Notes under the pieces: model-generated
Told to the model about the DNA's origin: nothing
Databases searched by the model: none
Seen by the model: the letters and a program-made list of their open reading frames with translations, nothing else
Part shown: in pieces, positions 58,945 through 64,000 of the stretch
How the letters are laid out: each line of letters begins with the position of its first letter
Numbering within the stretch: the stretch's first letter is position 1
Translations under genes and position numbers: made by a program
Origin: Phyllobates terribilis
Lineage: Eukaryota
Direction: 5' to 3'
Assembly (NCBI RefSeq): GCF_046119375.1
Contig: NW_027362764.1
Coordinates: forward strand, 316,324,001-316,388,000
DNA length: 64,000 nt

Positions 58945-59154
58945 TGTTATGATCTGCAACAAAACTAAGGAAAAAATAAGAAAAGCTGTCCCTACAGTAA
59001 GACTAAACTGAATCCCTACGATGTAGCGGGCTGCCTGTTCCTTGTGAACAGACCCGCCTTCATCCTCGGCTAGTCTGAACGGAGACCTATAGAATTAAGG
59101 GAGGGGTCCCTAAAAGAACTAAGGACTGGGACAAAAATGGGACACCTCCTAACA
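58945..59154 (-). repeat. 3' LTR of element D, internally deleted (210 bp)
   Basis: Matches the 5' LTR apart from a ~221-bp deletion between CTAA microhomologies. Confidence 0.9.
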
Positions 59155-62100
59155 GACCCCCTCTTCTATGAGGATCCTCCAGGCCCAGGCCTATCTGGAA
59201 ACCTCCTGTGGAAAGCTTTAACAAGCCTAGAAGCAGAGACATCATCCATCCTTACCCAGGAGTTGTCTTCGGGACCGAAACCCTTCCAGTAGACAAGATA
59301 CAGTAATTTCCCTCTATGCCCTCTAGAATTCAAAATACGAGAAATTTCATATTCGCCGTCTACCACCACAGGGGGAACTGTGACAGTGGCGTCCCTATCA
59401 GAAACGTCAGCCTTTTTCAACAAGGAAACATGAAACACAGGATTAATCTTCCAGGAAATAGGGACATCCAACCTAACAGCAGACGGGTTAACAACTAAAA
59501 ATGGACCCACTTTAAATGGACCCACAAACTTAGGACCCAGTTTTTTAGAGGGAATCCTCAACCGCAGGTTCTTCGTGGACAACCAAACCATGTCACCCAC
59601 AGTAAACAAAACCTCTTTACGTTTCCTGTCAAAATACTTCTTGGACTTCTTGTTAGCCTCTTGCAGGTTACAACGTACATTAGTCCAAACTCTCTCCAAA
59701 TCACCAGAAAAATTCTCCTCCTCCGGCACCGCCGACCCCAATTTGGAGAACGAACCAAAAGACGGATGTCTCCCAGTACAACAAAAAAAAGGAGAACACC
59801 CAGCAGAGGAGGATGTATGATTGTTAAGAGCAAATTCTGCGAGAGGCAGAAACTCAGACCACTGTCCATTTGATTCAGGATGATAACCAGATGAAAATGA
59901 CAAATGGACTCCCAACCTGTCACAAAAAACACGCCAAAAGCGAGCCACAAACTGAGGTCCTCTATCAGAAACAATATCCGTGGGAACACCATGGAGCTTG
60001 ACAATGTCCTTAACAAACGCATTAGCGAGTGTCTTGGCGCAGGGCAACTTAACGAATGGAACCAAATGACACATCTTACTAAAACGGTCCACGACCACCC
60101 AGAAGACAGTAAAACCCTCAGACACCGGAAGATCAGTAATAAAATCCATAGTGAGATGCGTCCAAGGTACACTAGGAACCTCTAGAGGTCAAAGCAACCC
60201 CGAAGCAGGAGTATGTGAAGCCTTTGACCGAGCACACACAGTACACTGACGCACCCACTTGATGACTTCCTTCTGACATCCAGGCCACCAAAAACTGCGA
60301 CTGATAAGTCTCTTAGTCTCCGAAATTCCTGGATGACCTGCCAACAGAGATTCATGACACTCCACAAACAAATCTCTCCTAAAGGCACTAGGCACGAGCA
60401 ATCTCCCATGAGGACTGTTAGATGGAGCCTCATCTTGAGCATTCAGAATCCCATTCTCCAAAACGGAGTCCAAAGCCGCCACTACAACTCCTTTCTGCAA
60501 AATTCTCTCCTCCTCCTCGGAACCGACCGTAGGAGAGAAGCTGCGAGATAAAGCATCGGCTTTAACATTCTTAGTACCAGGGATATAGATAACAGAAAAA
60601 TGAAACCGAGAAAAAAAAAGTGCCCACCTAGCTTGACGGGCATTCAAGCTCTTGGCAGCATCCAGATAGATCAAATTCTTATGATCTGTGAAAGCCTGAA
60701 TAGGAAATCTAGCGCCTTCCAAAAAATTACGCCAATGTTCAAAAGGCAAGTTTAAAAGCCAGCAACTCCCGATTTCCAACATCATAATTCAGTTCGGTTT
60801 CCGAAAATTTTTTCAAAAAGAAAGCACAATGATGTACTCCACCCTTGTTCTCCTGAGACAAAACTGCTCCGGCCTCCACCGATGAAGCATCGACCTCGAC
60901 CAAAAAAGGCTTGGTTTCATCCGGCTGCATAAGGATAGGGACAGAACTGAACCTCTCTTTGAGATACTCAAACGCTTCAATGGCCTCAGTAGTCCACTGG
61001 GCCATATTAGCACCTTTCCTGGTGAGATCGGTTAGAGGTTTAACAATTACAGAAATATTCTTAATGAATTTCCTGTAATAATTGGCAAAACCCAAAAATC
61101 TCTGTATAGATTTCAAACCAATAGGCCTAGGCCATTCCTGCACAGCCTGAACCTTCACAGGGTCCATCTCAAAGCCCTCGCTGGAGACAATGTAGCCCAA
61201 AAAACTAATTTTCTGCACAGCAAACTCACATTTCTCCAGCTTAGCAAAGAGTGAACTGTCACTCAATAACTGCAAAACTTCACGTACACTCTGCCAATGG
61301 GACTCTAGATCTGGTGAATAAATCAAAATGTCATACAAATACACAACCACATTCTTACCAATCAAAGGTCTCAGGATGTCATTAAGAAGGTTCTGAAAAA
61401 ATGCAGGTGCATTGGTAAGACCGAAAGGCATCACCAGATTCTCAAAATAACCTACCGGAGTGTTAAAAGCAGTTTTCCATTCATCACCCTCCTTCACACG
61501 TAACAAATTGTATGCCCCCCAGAGATCAATCTTGGAGAACCACTTGGCTCCCACTAACTGGTTAAACAAGTCAGGAATTAACGGCAATGGGTAGGAATTG
61601 CGTACGGTAATCTTATTAATTTCACAAAAATCCAAACATAGACGTAAAACGCCGTCCTTTTTTTTAACAAAGAAGAATCCAACTGCCACAGGTGACTTAG
61701 ATGGTCTAATGTGACCAGCAGCCAAGCTAGTCAGTATGTACTCCTCCAAGGCCTTTCTTTCAGGGATAGTCAGATTAAACAAGCGACTTTTGGGAAGAGT
61801 AGCACCTGGAACAAACACAATGGCGCAATCATAGTCCCTATGAGAAGGTAAAACTTGTGACTCCTCCGATGAAAAAACCCTCCAAAAATCTTGAATAGGT
61901 ACAGGTAATTCACCTTTTTCCACAGCCGTAATGCGACCATTACAACATTTATCATAGCACTTCGGACTCCAAGACTTAATCACATTAATAGACCAGTCCA
62001 GTAAAGGATTGTGCAGTCTTAACCAAGGCAATCCTAGAACTGGAGAGGGCAAATTATTCAAAACAACCAAGTCCAAAATTTCTTGGTGATCTCCATTGAT

Positions 62101-63220
62101 AGTGAGAGGAAATGCAGCAGTCTTGTGAGTAATACATTTCAATGGAGTGTTATCAATTGCAACCACAGAAATAGGTGATGTCAAAGGTTTGGATTTCAAT
62201 TTAAGGTTTTCTAAAAACCCTTTATCAATCACATTAAGTGTTGAACCACAATCCACAAATACCTGAAATTCAATCAAATCTCCTTGCAGAGTAGTACTCC
62301 CAGAAAGAAATACTCCTGCGGAGCGTAAACAAGCTATATGGGCGTAACTGACCTTTTTTTTTTCTTTACTTAAACGACACTCACAATGCTTAATCAAATG
62401 GTCATTTTTACCACAATAAAGACACAAACCTTCGGCGAATCTCCGATCTCTTTCCTGAGAGCAGAGTGACATCGCCCCAAGCTCCATTGGTTCTCCGCTG
62501 TCAGGGCAGATTTTCTGGTAACTAGGACCTGAAGTTACAGGAGTTTTACATCATTAACCCTGGACCTCAGTCTCCTGTCTATACGAACAGCTAACTGCAT
62601 AGCTTCCTGCAGAGTCTCAGGTGCAGGGGATGCAATTAGCAAATCCTTAACCCTTTCACTCAGACCAGCAAGAAATAACATTTCAATGCAGAATCATTCC
62701 ATTTATCGTCTGAAGCCCACCTCCTAAAGTGTGTGCAATAAATTTCAACATCATCTGACCCCTGATTCAAACGTGTAAGTTCTGATTCAGCAGATGAGAT
62801 TCGATCAGGATTGTCATATAATAGCCCCATAGCAGAAAAAAAATTCTTCAACAGAACTTAAACACGGATCATTAGGTTGGAGAGAAAAGGCCCAACCCTG
62901 TGGTTCTTTGCGCAAAAGTGACATAATAAAACCAATGCGCTGTGATTCATTCCCAGAGGATCTTGGTCTCAAATGAAAATATAACAAACAAGCATTTTTA
63001 AAGGAAAAAAAATCTTGCTGTTTACCATAAAAAACATCAGGTAGTCCTTCCTTCGGTTCCACAAAATGCGCTCCAGGACAGCTACTCACGTGTTGCTGAA
63101 GCTCGGCCACCTCCAGAGACAATCCCTGCAGACGTTGAGCCAAATCCTGGACAGAAACCATACTGATCTCCGAATTTATTTCCTATTAGTTTTATTTATT
63201 TTTTTTTGGGCTGGACTTAC

Positions 63221-63650
63221 TGTTATGATCTGCAACAAAACTAAGGAAAGATAGGGAAAGCTGTCCCTACAGTAAGACTAAGCTGAATCCCTACGATGTA
63301 GCGGGCTGCCTGTTCCTTGTGAACAGACCCGCCTTCTTCCTCGGCTAGTCTGAACGGAGACCTATAGAATTAAGGGAGGGGTCCCTAAAAGAACTAAGGA
63401 CTGGGACAAAAATGGGACACCTCCTAAATAGAAGTTGTTGCAGAGCAAAAAGGACAAACTGACAAAAAGTACTAATGGTCCCATAGGACCCAGAACTGAA
63501 AGAGATAGGCACTGAGACATCTGGCTAGAGAGACAGTCAAAACAACACTGAAGTCCAGCAAAGGCAGAAGGGCGGAGCTGGAATATATAGGCTGCTGGTC
63601 ACGTGACCGCAAAACACAAGATAGCAAAAACTAACAGGAGGGTTCTAACA
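63221..63650 (-). repeat. 5' LTR of element D (430 bp)
   Basis: TGTTAG...CATAACA on the sense strand, followed by GTAAGTCCAGCCC. Confidence 0.95.
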
Positions 63651-64000
63651 GCCAGCACAGGGATTGACAGAGGGGAGAAGCCTGGGAATAGCTGGGTGAC
63701 AGGTTGATTAATCGGCCAGCACAATTTAAGATAAATTGAAGGGGTGTGAGAGTGGTAGAAGGGAGGCCATAGAGCAGGAGCTTGAAGTTGTTGAGGCGGG
63801 AGATGATGAGGGCGTGCACTGGTGTTTTTCTACATTCATGTTTGAGGAATGCGCAGATCCCTGAGATGCTTTAGAGTTGGAGCCAGCAGCAAGTTTAAAG
63901 GGTTTGGACCTGACGTTTGAATGACAGATCAGAGTCAAGCTTGCGGGACTAGGGAGATTGGGCAGCCATTCACTTTGATAGATAGGTCAGTTGGGGGGGG

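Larger units (their letters stand above)
58945..63650 (-). mobile_element. Ty3/Gypsy chromovirus D, same family as C, degraded
   Basis: 5-bp TSD GCCAG (58940-58944 and 63651-63655); gag starts MVSVQDLAQRLQGLSLEVA at 63161; multiple frameshifts; YLYD in place of YLDD. Confidence 0.95.
58442..64000 (-). mobile_element. L2-type LINE 3' part, split by element D
   Basis: HALIISRL...LQFILNCAGRLI...ASPLCQSL (63651-63819) continues as WLPVAQRL beyond D at 58944; (TAA)n tail near 58442-58460. Confidence 0.8.

Overview
This is a eukaryotic, transposon-dense window with no host gene I can support. The repeat families look anuran (frog-like), which is an inference. It holds four Ty3/Gypsy LTR retrotransposons with target-site duplications (TSDs). 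Element A (12485-26909, minus) has a PNMA-like Gag and a tRNA-Ser primer site. Element B (18468-25042) is an apparently intact sushi-type chromovirus nested inside A's gag. Elements C (28428-33419) and D (58945-63650) are chromoviruses of one further family. There are also two solo LTRs, a full-length 8.7-kb hAT transposon with an internal ~130-bp satellite, two nested 3' parts of related hAT elements, an L1 with its 5' end, L2 pieces, several Tc1/mariner copies (DD34E and DD37E), piggyBac- and Kolobok-like MITEs and BEL/Pao fragments. The most unusual signal is a non-coding 334-bp tandem repeat at 42279-42865 carrying two minimal type I hammerhead ribozymes (retrozyme or Penelope-like terminal repeat). 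The two copies are defective in complementary halves and could assemble one intact core together. Other highlights: tRNA-independent self-priming signatures exactly 30 nt downstream of TATA boxes in three LTR families, each with a TATA-proximal hairpin; -1 frameshift heptamers with pseudoknots in A and B; and an antisense transposase fragment carried inside the hAT 3' region. Coordinates were counted by hand, and fuzzy ends are approximate.
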